Part shown: piece after piece, positions 22,916 to 36,003 of the stretch | Position numbering within the stretch: position 1 is the stretch's first letter | How the letters are laid out: every line of letters begins with the position of its first letter | Source of the DNA: Selaginella moellendorffii | Taxonomy: Eukaryota; Plantae; Lycopodiophyta | DNA length: 64,000 nucleotides | NCBI RefSeq assembly: GCF_000143415.4 | Contig: NW_003314294.1 | Span: 909,442-973,441, forward strand | Reading direction: 5' to 3' | Translations under genes and position numbers: made by a program | The notes under the pieces: generated by a model | What the model was told of the DNA's origin: nothing | Database searches by the model: none | Seen by the model: the letters and a program-made list of their open reading frames with translations, nothing else

Positions 22916-24657
22916 TGTAAGCGACTAATTTTTCCATTCTATTTTAGTCACTTCACCGCACCTCCGACCACTTGGAGGAGTCTCATTCACAACCTCCATA
23001 AGTCCCATTCAAGACTTGGGGCTTGCTAGCCCCGAAAAAAGCATCCCTACCACTCAACCTTTGCACTTGGTCCAAGTGCTCTACGTGTCCAATCCCATGA
23101 CCGACACCCCAAGATACCACTGACCTCTCAACCCATTACGCTAAGGCCATGCCCATTTAAATTAGTCACACTAGTGGTCCAACACCACTTGCATCGCAGT
23201 TCCGTCTCTCAAGACTAGGCCATCCATCCATGAGTGATCATCCCAGATCCACTCCTTAGCATCCTTAGGATGCCCCCAGATATGAGGAATAGCCTTCCCC
23301 AATATCTCTTTTCCAATCCCCACCAAGTCCCTTTTTGTCCATAGCTGTGTTTGCCAACACTGTCATTGGATCAAGGCCCACAGGCCCGACCTCTAAGTCC
23401 CACTATCCTTTGGGACTTCCTCACCATGTGACTGTATCCTTGGTCATTGCACTAGAGGATTGCTCTTCTTCCTTTTCACCGTATGAGATTTTGGGACAAC
23501 ATTTCGGAACACCATGGCCTTACGCGAGCCTCATGGGTACTCTCCCCACCTTCTGCCTTTTGGTGCTCTAGCCATGGGCTTAGAGCGAGGTTCCGTTGAG
23601 CCACGCCAGGTATCCAAGTAGGTAGTGCCACCCACACTTGGACTAGAAGCATCGACCATTCGATCTCCCGGGGGAACTAGAGCTGGCTCTTGAATACTTC
23701 ACCAAGCTACCCCACTTGTCGGTCCATATTCACTCTAGTCTTAGACTTCCCAGTGGTCAGCTCATCACCCACCACGCTGCACTGCCTACACTAGCCTTTC
23801 TTGGCCAAACTGGCTCCACTGCAGTCCTCCCCCTTACTATACTTTTGGAGCTCACCAAACCCCCTAGGGTCTGGGACACAAACGCTTTGGGCTTTCACCC
23901 TCTCAAACTCGAACTCGGACTCGGACTTGGGCTCAATCTTGGCCTTGGCCTTGGTCTCGGTCTCAGTCCCGGTCCCGGTCTCGGTCTCGGTCCCAGTCTC
24001 GGTCTCGATCTCAGTCCTGGTCTCAGTCTCGATCTCGACTTCGGACTCCATCTTGGGTCCTTCTCGGACTCCATCTTGGGTCCATCTTGGACTCCATCTC
24101 GGACTCCATCTCGGGTCCATCTCGGGTCCATCTTAGACTCCATCTTGGGTCCATCTCAGGTCCATCTCGGACTCCACCTCGGGTCCACCTCAGACTCCAC
24201 CTCGGGTCCACCTCGGACTCCACGGACTCCATCTCGGACTCCATCTCGGACTCCATCTCGGGTCCATCTCGGGTCCACCTCGGACTCCACCTCAGACTCT
24301 ATCTCAGACTCCACCTCGGACTCTATCTCGGACTCCATCTCAGGTCCATCTCGGGTCCACCTTGGACTCCATCTCGGACTCCATCTCGGGTCCATCTCAG
24401 ACTCCGTCTCAGATCCATCTCGGACACTTCCACGTGTCATGTGTCGATCCTATTGTGTTCCTTTTCTAGAGACTCACTTATCTCTCACTTCGTGCTTGTT
24501 CGTTGAGCACTTCGTTAGGAGTTCCACTCCTGCTCTCGACCTTTATAGTCGGAGCTTTTAGTCCAAATGTGTTACGCTTGTTTGGTTTTCGCTTCGGCCA
24601 CTACTACCTAGCACCCTTCTGGTTTCACTTTGAGGCCTAGGGATTTTGTGTCTCACA
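22916..24657 (-). repeat. LTR 2 (shared, flanked by PBS on the left and PPT on the right)
   Basis: TGTAAGCGAC...TCTCACA; nearly identical to LTR1 beyond its first ~130 bp. Confidence 0.9.
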
Positions 24658-27600
24658 ACTCCACCACCCATAAACAAAGTTCGATGTCCTCATCAAATGA
24701 TAAACCCTTTTATAAAGTAACACCCACACGTATTACCATTTTCATCCTTGGCACCCATTCAATATTTGTCTATGGTTTGACATTGAAGGCTCACCATGCC
24801 TTGTCCATCCTCTAAGGAGCATAGTCTCTCCAATATAAAGACTTATTCGACCACCTAGGGTGGTTTGCTCCCTTTTATTGGTTCAGTTCCCGCTAAACCC
24901 GTTAGAGAAATCTTCTCTAACTCAATTCCACTACTCATTCTCGAGTAGTCTCAGATTCCATCGACATAACCTTTGCATTTTGGAACTTTTAATTTTGACT
25001 TTTCAGAGTCAATTTCCTAGATGTCTCTAACACCTTACATTGCACATGGTGCAACTCCACTTCCCCATCCTAGGAAGTTCCTTACTTGAGAGCACCATCA
25101 TCCTCTCTTCGATATCGTGCCACATTTGGCACTAAGTTCCAGTTATCGTAATTTGTGCTAGGGCTGTCCATTGCCCTATCATTTTGCTACTTTACCACTC
25201 CTTCCCTTGGAGCTTCCATTTTTGCCAAATCGGAGCAATTGGGAACCTATCTTTGGAAACACATTACCTTCCCATATTCCATTAGCGTCCAATACATTAG
25301 TGTTCCTGGATTAACTTTGCCATTTGGCTTCTATCCCATGATTCCCATGGCCCTTTTTTTAGCCACTAGATTTTTGCTCCTATATTTGATTGTTGCACCA
25401 AGCAACACATGATCGCCACCTCCATTCTCGAAGTATCCTTTCAATTCCATAGCAAAGACTTTGCTTTGCCAAGTCCAGAGGGTGTTCACCCTTAGTACGT
25501 CTTTTTAGCATTTTCTGTTGTGGGCTCTATCACAGGCCAACTTGAGACCCCCCCATGGATCTTTTATAAAGACTACTTTCCTCGGACTTATTATGCCATC
25601 GCATTGACATAGCTCATTTCCCTTAGGTGTTCTTCCCACTTGGTCATCTTGACCAAGCCACACCATCATCAATAGTTCCAATCAACACTTTATACTTGGA
25701 ACTTTATCTCTTAACCTCACAAAGACTTTGTCCTTGTTTTAGCCATAAGATCACATAGTGATCTAACCTTGGCATTTTAATAAGTTTGCCAATAGATACT
25801 AGGTCTTCCAAACCTTTAAATTGTTCACCATGACCCCAAGAGCATCCCCCACATTTGGTGGTGCACCCAAGCTAGCCCTTCCGGCCAAGGGTCCATAGCA
25901 ACTGAGACTGGGTGTCCCCATCTCATTCACCATGTCCTTGGTGCCCTTCGCACCAAAGTGTTCAAGTTAGATATGCTGAACCACACTAAGCAATCTAATC
26001 GTACATCACGACTCCGGGGCATCCCCCACTTGGCGATATGCCCAAACTAATCTCCTTACTAAGAATCCATGACCACCGAAAAATGAGTGTCCTCATATTC
26101 CAAACTATCACCTCACCCTAGTGAGTTGGGACTTGAACCTAAGCACTAGAGGGTCAGGACTCAAACCCAACCTCCATATATGCATCTATGGACGGCATCA
26201 CACAGGATGCCTAGCGTGACTCCCCATGCCGGTGCACCAACTTATATTTAAAGCGCACTACAGATCACTGCTTAAGAACCTAGTTCCTCTGCACTGCCAA
26301 GTTTTCTCACTTGACAAGTCTGTGATCATGCATGGACTCCTTTATGCTTGGCCCCATGGGCCACCCCTTTGAAGTTGGCTCCTTCAACTAGGGCATTCGT
26401 TCCCCTGACCTGCCAATCTCACTTAGTAAGTCATCCGACCACTGTAACATGGTTCATGCATAAGCGTGAAAGTCCTTAACCATTGATTTTCGTTCAAAGC
26501 CCTCTCTTTGAACACTCGGGAACTACTTCCTTAACCTTGATAGCCTCGCCTTTTGGCAAGCTTTAAGACCACACTTCTGCTACGCCACTTTGATTTCGCG
26601 CGCTCTATAAACCATTTACACTTGGATGTCTAAGTACTTATCTACCTAGAGGAATGTTCAAGGAACTCTGTTCCTTAGCTTGCTAAGGTCTCTCTATTTG
26701 TAAGATTTCCAATTGCCATATAATCTAACATGGACAATTCCATGTTTTAGACTCTCCATGGCATCATAATCGCTAGTAACAATATGCTTAAGCACCCACT
26801 TGATTTTCCACTCCCAACTTGTATAACCACCCTTGGTCATGCCTGCCAACTCATATAGTTCAGTTCTATCTTTTTACTATTTGCCTTTTGGCTTACTTAT
26901 ATACATTCCCTTTGGTTATTCTTCTTTAGATTAGGAAGATAGCTTTGCACTTTGTACCATGCATTGGCAAGTATCCATAGAGATGAACCTACTTGACAAC
27001 CTAAGGAGTGGTTCTTCAATTCGGGTTTGCTCACCTTATAATCCCACACACTGGGATTACCATTGCTACTTAGGGGCCTTTATATACCCATCACTAGCCT
27101 TGCCAAAATTCCTTTTTGGCTTTGTCCAATTTGGGTAGACAGACTTCTCCCGTCTCCGCAACCTTGGACATTTGGATAACACCTCCTATCCATCATTCGT
27201 TAGGGACTTTATCCTTTAGGCATTATCCATTGCCCTCACGACACCAAATACCCCCTTCTGGTGTTCTAGAGTGCTTGGGTGTCCCATTGATAACCTCTTT
27301 GGCAATAAGCATTCCCTTTACGACATTGATTTACTATATCGCAACATAAATAATTTATCCCCCATAAGGGTATATTTAACTTTCTTATCCCAATAAAAAG
27401 TCTTAGGTAGTTACCTTCTACCAGTTTAACTAATTATTTTACACCTTTTGCTTAGTTACTTTGTAGTTGTCAAGTCCTACAACTCATTGTTAGTGCTTCC
27501 ACACTTCCATCATTATTTGGGTCACCACACTCCAATCGCATGCCTTCCAGCTTAGGCTATGTCATTCCTATTTCCATTAGGATTCCTTTGGGAAGGGGTT

Positions 27601-28713
27601 TTCATAAACCCACCAACTTTACCTCAAGGCATCATGTCTTGGCACATTCAGTGTCTCCACACCATCGGCTTTATAAGCCTACATTTACGACACTTCTTAT
27701 TTATGTCTAGGTCTTTTACCAAGACCAATATAATTGTCTCTTATGCCAACTATCCATTAGCACTACACCATAGAGTTCATGCACAACTTTGTGTCAAAGT
27801 TGTTTTCTTTCGAGAAACTCTTTTCCATGACTTTTGCATGGCACCTTCTGCCACTAATAAAATACCCACTGTTCTCATACTTGGATCTTAAGATCCTCCC
27901 CATCCTTCATGGGGCACCACACACCTTAGTGTAAATGCTTTTACCAATCCTTTAAGATCATCCCTTGACTCTACTCGAGTCATATAGCATTTTTGGACTT
28001 GGCCAATCCAATGACCCATAAGGTTTTATTTTTGAGGTGACAGCACACTAGAATACAACTTCGTGTATTCATGTCCTACTCATAAGGACCATCTTTGCAA
28101 GTGTCATTCTAACACTTTATTATTTTCTATTCTCTGTAGGCTATCTTTGCCCTTTAGGACTATCCGTCCATATGATGAGAATATCGACTCATCCTTTGAG
28201 CACACCTCCAATTTCTTGGGTTTATTCCAGCATTTATAAAAGGTAACATCAGCTACCACTTCAAGGACTTGTGTCCTCATCCATACTTAACCTCTCACGG
28301 TCATCCATTCCAGTCTCACCTTTATGAGCACCAGCTTCAACTATGTGAGGATAATTTTGTGACTCCTTTATTGTTTTGGAGTCTCTATCTTTCCCGTGAT
28401 CCCAACTATAATTATTTACCACAACTACATTAGCCAATTTGTTACGTCAAATGCTCATCTAGATCACATCCTCAACTCCCTGAAGAAACCCTTATACTAT
28501 TCCTAAAATCCCGAAGTCGTTCCATTATTAGCCCTTTTCTATCCACCGCCTCACCTACAAGTTCACATATGAATTGTAGTGGAGAGCCATGTCTTCCCGA
28601 CATGCTACTCCTCAAGGATAGGCCCACTCCTAAGACCTTCCGATGCCAACACTAGCGGTGATATACTTGAGCACCAATAAAAGTCAGACTAAGGAACAAC
28701 TCCGATACCAAAT

Positions 28714-29568
28714 TGTAAGCGATTAATTTTTCCATTCTATTTTAGTCACTTCACCGCACCTCCGACCACTTGGAGGAGTCTCATTCACAACCTCCATAAG
28801 TCCCATTCAAGACTTGGGGCTTGCTAGCCCCGAAAAAAGCATCCCTACCACTCAACCTTTGCACTTGGTCCAAGTGCTCTACGTGTCTGATCCCATGACC
28901 GACACCCCAAGATACCACCGACCTCTCAGCCCGTTACGCTAAGGCCATGCCCATTTAAATTGGTCACACTGGTGGTCCAACATCACTTGCATCGCAGTTC
29001 CGTCTCTCAAGAACTAGGCCATCCATCCATGAGTGATCATCCTAGATCCACTCCTTAGCATCCTTAGGATGCCCCCAGATATGAGGAATAGCCTTCCCCA
29101 ATATCTCTTTTCCAGTCCACACCAAGTCCCTTTTTGTCCATGGCTGTGTTCGCCAACACTGCCACTTGATCAAGGCCCGTAGGCCCGACCTCTAAGTCCC
29201 ACTATCCTTTGGGACTTCCTCACCATGTGACCGTATCCTTGGTCACTACACTAGAGGATTGCTCCTCGTCCTTTTCACTGTCTGGGACTTTGGGACAACA
29301 TTTCGGAACACCGTGGCCTTACGTGAGCCTCATGGGTACTCTCCCCACCTTTTGCCTTTTGGTGCTCTAGCCATGGGCTTAGAGCGAGGTTCCGTTGAGC
29401 CATGCCAGGTATCCAAGTAGGTAGTGCCACCCACACTTGGACTGGGAGCATCGACCATTCGATCTCCCGGGGGAACTAGCTCCACTGCAGTCCTCCCCCT
29501 TACTATACTTTTGGAGCTCACCAAACGCCCTAGGGTCTAGGAGACGAACTCTTTGGGCTTTCACCCTC
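28714..29568 (-). repeat. LTR 3, truncated by a deletion that fuses it to internal sequence
   Basis: TGTAAGCGAT start; after ...TTTCACCCTC the sequence jumps to GAGTTTAACGAATC, homologous to the internal region at about 21625. Confidence 0.8.
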
Positions 29569-31228
29569 GAGTTTAACGAATCATTTTGCACCTTTTGTTT
29601 AGTTGCCTCATAGTTGTCAAGTTCTACAACTCATTGCTGGTGCTTCCACACCCCCATCATTATTTGGGTCACCACACTCTAACCGCATGCCTTCCAGTTT
29701 AGGCTATGCCATTCCCAATTTCTATTGGGATTCTTTTGGATGGGGTTCTCGTGAACCCACCAACTTGACCTCAAGGCAGCACGTCTTGGCACCTTCGGTG
29801 TCTCCACACCATCGGCTCCACGAGCCTACCTTTATGACACTTCTTACTTGTGTCCAGGTATTTTTGCCAAAACCAATATGGTTGTCTCTTATGCCAATTA
29901 TCCATTAGCACTACATCATAGAGTTCATGCACAACTTTGTGTCAAAGTTGTTTTCTTCTGGGAAACTCTTTCCCACGACTTTAGTATGGCACCTTCTGCC
30001 ATCAATGAAATACATATTGCTCTCATACTTGGATTTCAAGATCCTCCCCATCCTTCGTGGGGCACCACACACCTCAGTCCAAATGCTTTCCTCAAGCCTT
30101 TAGGATTATTCCTTGACTCTATTGGAGTCATTCAACCTTTTGGACTTTGTTAATCCAACGACCTATGAGGTCCTACTTTTGAGGTGCTAGGTCACTGGAA
30201 TACAACTCCTTGTATTTATGTCCTACTCACAAGGACTATCTTTTGCAAGTGTTACTCCGACACTTGATTTGTTCTCTAAGGGCAACCTTTCACCCCTTAG
30301 GACCACTTGTCCATGTGATGAGAATACCAACTCATCCTCTAAATACACCCCCAACTCCTTGGGTTATTCTAGCATTTATTAGAGGTAGCTTTGGCTACCA
30401 TTTCAAGGACTTGAGTCCTTTTCCATATTTGACCTCCCGCGGTCATTATTTTTGGTCTCCCATTCATGAGCACCAACCTCAACTTCATGAGGGTAATCTT
30501 GTGACTCCTTTATCGTTTTGGAGTCTATATCTTCCCTGTGATCCCAACTATAGTTGTTTACCACAACTACATCAGTCAGTTTGCTGAGTCAAACGCTCAT
30601 CTGGATCACATCCTCAACTCAATGAGGAAAACCTTGCACTGTTCCCAAGATCCCAAAGTCGTTCCATTATTGGCCCTTTTCTATCTACCACTTCGTCTAC
30701 AAGTTCACACATGAATTGTAATGAAGAGCCATGTCTTCCCGACCTGCTACTCCTTGAGGATAGGCCCACTCATTCGGACCTTCCGATGCCAATGCTAGTG
30801 GTGATATACTTGAGCACCTATAAAAATCAGATTAAGGAACAGCTCTAATACCAAGTTGTAAGCGACTAATTTTTCCATTTTACTTTAGTCACTTAACCGC
30901 ACCTCCGACCACTTGGAGGAGTCTCATTCACAACCTCCATAAGTCCCAGTTAGGACTTGAGGCTTGCTAGCCCCGAGAATGGCATCCATGCCACTCCACC
31001 TTTGCACTTGGTCCAAGTGCTCCACATGTCCGATCCCATGATCGGCACTCCAAGGTACCACCAACATACCAGCCCGTTACGCTAAGCCATGCCCTTTCAC
31101 CTTGGTCACATCGGTGGTCTAACGCCACCTGCATCATAGTCCTGTATCTCAAAGACTGGGCCATCCGTCCATGAGTGATCATCCCATATCTACTTGCTCC
31201 TAGTCCAAGTGTGGGTGGCACTACCTAC

Positions 31229-31328
31229 NNNNNNNNNNNNNNNNNNNNNNNNNNNNNNNNNNNNNNNNNNNNNNNNNNNNNNNNNNNNNNNNNNNNNNNN
31301 NNNNNNNNNNNNNNNNNNNNNNNNNNNN
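31229..31328. other. Assembly gap (100 N)
   Basis: Run of N. Confidence 1.
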
Positions 31329-31942
31329 CATCATGGCTCAACAGAACCTCGCTCTAAGCCCATGGCTAGAGCACCTAAAGGCGAAAGGCGGGGAGAGTAC
31401 CCAGGAGGCTTGCGTAAGGCCACAGTGTTCCGAAATGTTGTCCTAAAGTCCCAAACGGTGAAAGGGAAGAGGAGTAGGCCTCTAATGTAGTGACCAAGGA
31501 TACGGTCATATGGTGAGGAAGTCCCAAAGGATAGTGGGACTTAGTGGTCGGGCCTGTGGGCCTTGATCCAGTGGCAGTGTTGGCGAACATGGCCATGGAC
31601 TAAAAGGGACTTGGTGGGGACTGGAAAAGATTTGTTGGGGAAGGCTATTCCCCATGTCTGCGGGCATCCTAAAGATGCTAATCGACCATTCGATCTCCCG
31701 GGGGAACTAGAGCCGGCTCTTGAACACTTCACCAAACTACCCCGCTTGTCGGTCCGTGTTCACTCTAGTCTTGGACTTCCCAATGGGTAGCTCATCACCC
31801 AACACTGAGTCCGGCCTTCCTGGGCCAAACTAACCTTTCCTGGCAAAACTGGCTCCACTGCAGTCCTCCCCCTTACTATACTTTTGGAGCTCACCAAACC
31901 CCCCAGGGTCTGGGAGACGAACGCTTTGGGCTTTCACCCTCT

Positions 31943-32664
31943 TAGACTCGGACTCGGACTCGGACTTGGGCTCGGTCTTGGCCTCGGCCTCGGCCTCGGT
32001 CTCGGTCCCGGTCTCGGTCCCGGTCTCGGTCCCGGTCTCGGTCTCGGTCTCGGTCTCGGTCTTGACTTCGGACTCCATCTCAGGTCCATCTCGGACTCCA
32101 TCTCGGGTCCACCTCGGACTCCATCTCGGACTCCATCTCGGGTCCATCTCGGGTCCATCTCGGGTCCACCTCAGACTCCATCTCGGACTCCATCACGGGT
32201 CCATCTCGGGTCCACCTCGGACTCCATCTCGGACTCCATCTCGGGTCCATCTCGGGTCCACTTCGGACTCCATCTCGAACTCCATCTCGGGTCCATCTCG
32301 GGTCCACCTCGGACTCCATCTCGGACTCCATCTCAGGTCCATCTCAGGTCCACCTCAGACTCCATCTTGGACTCCATTTCGAACTTCATCTCGGGTCCAT
32401 CTCGGGTCCACCTCGGACTCCATCTCGGACTCCATCTCGGGTCCATCTCGGGTCCATCTCGAACTCCATCTCGGACTCCATCTCGGGTCCATCTCGGGTC
32501 CACCTCGGACTCCATCTTGGACTCCATCTCGGGTCCATCTCGGGTCCATCTCGGACTCCATCTCAGACTCCATCTCGGGTCCATCTCGGACTCCATCTCG
32601 GGGTCCTTCTCGGACTACACTTTGGACTCCAACTCGGGTCCATCTCGGACTCCATCTCGGGTCC
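31943..32664 (+). repeat. Expanded LTR-internal minisatellite with a ~46-bp higher-order AABB pattern (another tract at 32865-33118)
   Basis: Alternating pairs of the 12-mer GGACTCCATCTC and the 11-mer GGGTCCA(T/C)CTC. Confidence 0.9.
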
Positions 32665-33351
32665 CTTTTTGGACCCTCGCTTATTGCTCGCTTCGTGCTC
32701 GTTCCTTGAGCACTTCGTTGGGAGTTCCACTCCCACTCTCGACCTTTCAAGTCGGAGCTTTTAGTCCAAACGTGTTACGCTTGTTTGGATTTCACTTCAG
32801 CCACTACCACGTGGCACCCTTTCAGCTCCACTTTGGGGCCTAGGGATTTTGTGTCTCACACTCAAGTCCATCTCGGGTCCATCTCGAGTCCATCTCGGGT
32901 CCATCTCGAACTCCATCTTGGGTCCATCTCGGACTCCACCTCAGGTCCACCTCGGACTCCATCTCGGGTCCATCTTGGGTCCATCTCGGGTCCACCTTGA
33001 ACTCCATCTCGGACTCTATCTTGGATTCCACCTCAAACTCTATCTCGGACTCCATCTCGGGTCCATCTCGGATCCATCTCGAACTCCATCTCGGACTCCA
33101 CCTTAGATCCATCTCGGACACTTCCACATGTCATGTGTCAATCCTCTTGTGTCCCTTTTCTAGAGACTCACTTATCTCTCACTTCATATTTGTTCCTTGA
33201 GCACTTCGTTAGGAGTTCCACTCCCGCTCTCAACCTTTATGGTCGGAGCTTTTAGTCCAAATGTGTTACGCTCATTTGGTTTTTGCTTCGGCCACTACTA
33301 CCTAGCATCCTTCCGACTCCACTTTGGGGCCTAGGGATTTTGTGTCTCACA

Positions 33352-34406
33352 GTCATATTGAAGGGTGAGTTCTTCACTTTAAAGATGGATCTATAATTGC
33401 CTGTCAAGAAATTTATCAAAGACATTCTCTACTATGAGAAGTGCCTTCAAGATGCAAAGCAGCCTCTGACTATTGTGGACAAGCAAGCAGCCCTAATCAA
33501 TCACATTCTTGATATCAAGGAGTATGAGAGTCTTCACACAACATTTCAGAATCTTCAAGGCCAGCTCACTTTTGAAGCAATGTGCTCATCTCTCAAGGAA
33601 GAAGAATGCCAACAGTAGAAATTGAAGACCAAGACTAAATCCAAAAGTGAGCTGGCCTTGAAGATTCTGAAACATTGTGCGAAGACTCTCATACTCCTCG
33701 ATATCAAGAATGCCATTGATCAGGGCTGCTCGCTTGTCCACATTAGTCAAAGGCTGCTTTGTGTCTTGAAGGCGCTTCTCATAGTAGAGAGTGTCATTGA
33801 TAAATTTCTCGACAGGCAATTAGGGATCCATCTTTAAAGTGGAGAACTCACCCTTCAATGTGACCACATGTTCAACTGTTTGAGCACCAAGAAACTGGGT
33901 TAGATTAATCCAATTTGTGGGAGCATTGTTATTAAGATCAAGAAGATGAATGTACTACTTGCCTAGACCAATACCTATTATAAATAAGGCTTGCTTATTG
34001 TGCAAATTCTATACCTATTGTAGATAGGGCTTGCTTGTTGTGCAGCTTCTAGTCTGCTACTTCAGGAGCATCTTGGGCTAATTCAGATTCTTTGCCTGCA
34101 ACAATCCCATCACAATTATCACACAAGAAAACAACATAGCCCAATTTGCAAAATCTCCCTTGTACAAAGGGATTAAACACTACTCCAATGCACTAGCAGC
34201 AGTACTACTGCTCACCATTGTTCTGCCATACTCTGTGTAGTCAGCGGTTGTTGATCAGAAAGCACATGTCTCTCCTAGCATGACCATCAGGATCTACAAT
34301 CTGATACCATGATAATGATCTGAGGAGACGCTAATAAGAGAGAAAACAGGGTACATGGCCATGGCCGTGGCCTGACCTAATACCCTGTGCCACGTGGCAG
34401 AAGCCT
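33352..34406. repeat. Inverted duplication of Copia gag/LTR in unit A (left arm 16617-17107 plus 33357-33574; right arm 33642-34406)
   Basis: Reverse-complementary arms around a ~67-nt spacer; both encode gag-like PVKKFIKDILYYEK.LQDAKQPLT..DKQAALIN..LDI.EY.SL.TTFQNLQGQLTF. Confidence 0.85.
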
Positions 34407-34429
34407 GACTCTGACTAGGACTATCATCT

Positions 34430-35262
34430 GTTAGTAACCATCAATCCAATATCGCCTCCAACTTCCAGCATGTGTGAATAAGCAAGTTTAAGCGTCCTAT
34501 TGTCCCAAGCATACAGCCATGTCAAGTTCTTGACATTTGTGCTGCAGCTTATCAACATAAGATGTGAACTGGCCCGGGCAAACGATGCAGAGTGTCGAGA
34601 CACGCTCGGATTGTTCTTTGAATGCTCTGGAAACTGCCATGCAGCGTACCAGGCTTTTGCAGTCACAGATCACGTGGAAGATGAGCTGGTAGACCCCATC
34701 TATCATTCTCTAACAACACAAGTGATGCTTGATACAATTGCGAGAATCCAAGGCCATAGTGCACTCCTTTGATGCAAACCGTGTTCATAGACCACATCCT
34801 CATGGTCTGACGGAGAGGGTATAACCAAATGCCCACCTTTGAGTCAAAATGAAATGGCTTTAGAACATCATACCCTTGCTTGTGTGTAAGGTATCAGCAT
34901 TTGAGTGCGAGCTATTGAGGGTTGAATTGATGGAATCTCCTCCCATTGCTTGGTCACTGGGTTTCCAACCATGAAAGGCCTTTTGGAATATGGAAACCAC
35001 GAGAAGATATTTCCCTGACTACATGCGACCCATGCGGGGCAAACCAGTTCTCAATAGATATTTCTTTCCCCATCAGACTCCATGCTGGATACTTCCAGAA
35101 GCGTCTGAGCTCGTTGAATGAAGTATACCCTTGGTGCAGAAACAGGAACTTGGTGTGGGTTTTGTTCATCCATTGTTCCGTGAAGTATGGATGCCGTTGC
35201 AAATGAAACCATTCCTTACACACCGGCTGCAGTCGCAAAACATCTTCGGCTGGTAGAAAAGA
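34430..35262 (-). pseudogene. F-box protein gene fragments
   Basis: F-box-like segments LPAEDVLRLQPVCKEW and DGVYQLIFHVICDCKSLVRCMAVSRAF, plus NPVTKQW typical of plant F-box/kelch-associated proteins; broken by frameshifts. Confidence 0.6.
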
Positions 35263-35274
35263 CAGTATATGAGC

Positions 35275-35660
35275 ATTCCATCTCGACTGGGCTTGAGCGT
35301 GAATCCATGCATCTGAGAGGAAGCTCTCGGTAGATTTGATGAACGAGAGAGAATCATACCTTCTTCCCAGAGTACGCGTTCAGCAAATAGAGAAGCCTAA
35401 TTTTGCCACTAGCGACTTCCACGGTATCAACACCCACGAGACGGAGTTTAAAACACTCGATGCATCGGAGAAATCAATCACGTCATACCTTATCAAAAGA
35501 CCTTACGTCCCTACGTCAAACAGCTTGATTTCTCAACTAGGCCTTGCTGAAGACGGTCTGAGAAAGTTCCGAAAGAAAGGAAAGAGGCTTTTCTTACTTC
35601 GCAAACGTTGCTGCGCAGATGCCACAACCGGACAGTGTGATCCAATTACATGAACGAATC
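35275..35660 (-). pseudogene. Deletion-riddled WDR82 fragment (also at 50147-50540 and 58443-58840)
   Basis: Homologous to 53030-53560 ([12 protein letters not shown]; [11 protein letters not shown] frame of [12 protein letters not shown]), including intron remnants. Confidence 0.75.
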
Positions 35661-35689
35661 GTTCTTCGGAGACACTTCACGACCAAGCA

Positions 35690-36003
35690 CTCCATTGCCT
35701 TTTCGTAGAAGACGTCCTGGGAAGATTCGTAACCAGAATTACTCCAGGTTGCTGCCTGTTGACAACTCATCGTCAGACACTCTAAAGCGCGGCACAGTAC
35801 GAAGGAATGGATGAACCTAGTGGTGAGGAAACTCAGCACACAGCATGGACAAAAGGAGTTTGTAACAGAAGTCTCGGCTCTGGGAAACATAAGCCGCTTC
35901 CGATGCTTCAGAAGGCTGCTCGTCTACGAGCTCATGTCCAATGGTTCCTTGGAACAGATGGATTTTTTTCACTAGCAAGAACAAACTGGACTTGAAACTT
36001 CGA
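35690..36003 (+). pseudogene. Deletion-riddled RLK2 fragment (also at 50570-50895)
   Basis: Blocks match RLK2 11960-12550, e.g. ACCAGAATTACTCCAGGTT and CAGCATGGACAAAAGGAGTTTGTAACAGAAGTCTCGGCTCTGGGAAACATAAGCC. Confidence 0.85.

Larger units (their letters stand above)
17108..33351 (-). mobile_element. Tandem array of a decayed, probably non-autonomous Gypsy-like LTR retrotransposon with shared LTRs and a single TSD GTCAT
   Basis: GTCAT at 17103-17107 and 33352-33356; the empty site is seen in unit B near 48298. LTR starts at 17108, 22916, 28714 and 30857, and LTR ends ...TCTCACA at 18859, 24657, 32860 and 33351. PBS complements ACTCCGATACCA/GCTCTAATACCA precede LTR2-4 and PPT complement ACTCCACCACCC follows LTR1-2. 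There is no long internal ORF. Confidence 0.9.
30857..33351 (-). repeat. LTR 4 (diverged, with an internal inversion at about 31197-31680; ends 32860) plus an extra duplicated LTR end at 32861-33351
   Basis: TGTAAGCGAC at 30857; two successive GGGATTTTGTGTCTCACA termini. Confidence 0.8.
13735..34426 (-). mobile_element. Decayed Ty1/Copia LTR retrotransposon, copy A, interrupted by the nested LTR array
   Basis: 3' LTR 13735-13821 (TGATAATG...ACTAACA) with PPT complement CTCCCACTCT. RNaseH CDNISA/KHIQLRYH, RT YVDDLI and KKALYGLKQS, integrase VHSDV/IDDYSR/LRSDNGGEY at 13950-16450. 5' LTR 34310-34426 with Met-type PBS TGGTATCAGATT at 34298-34309. Confidence 0.9.
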
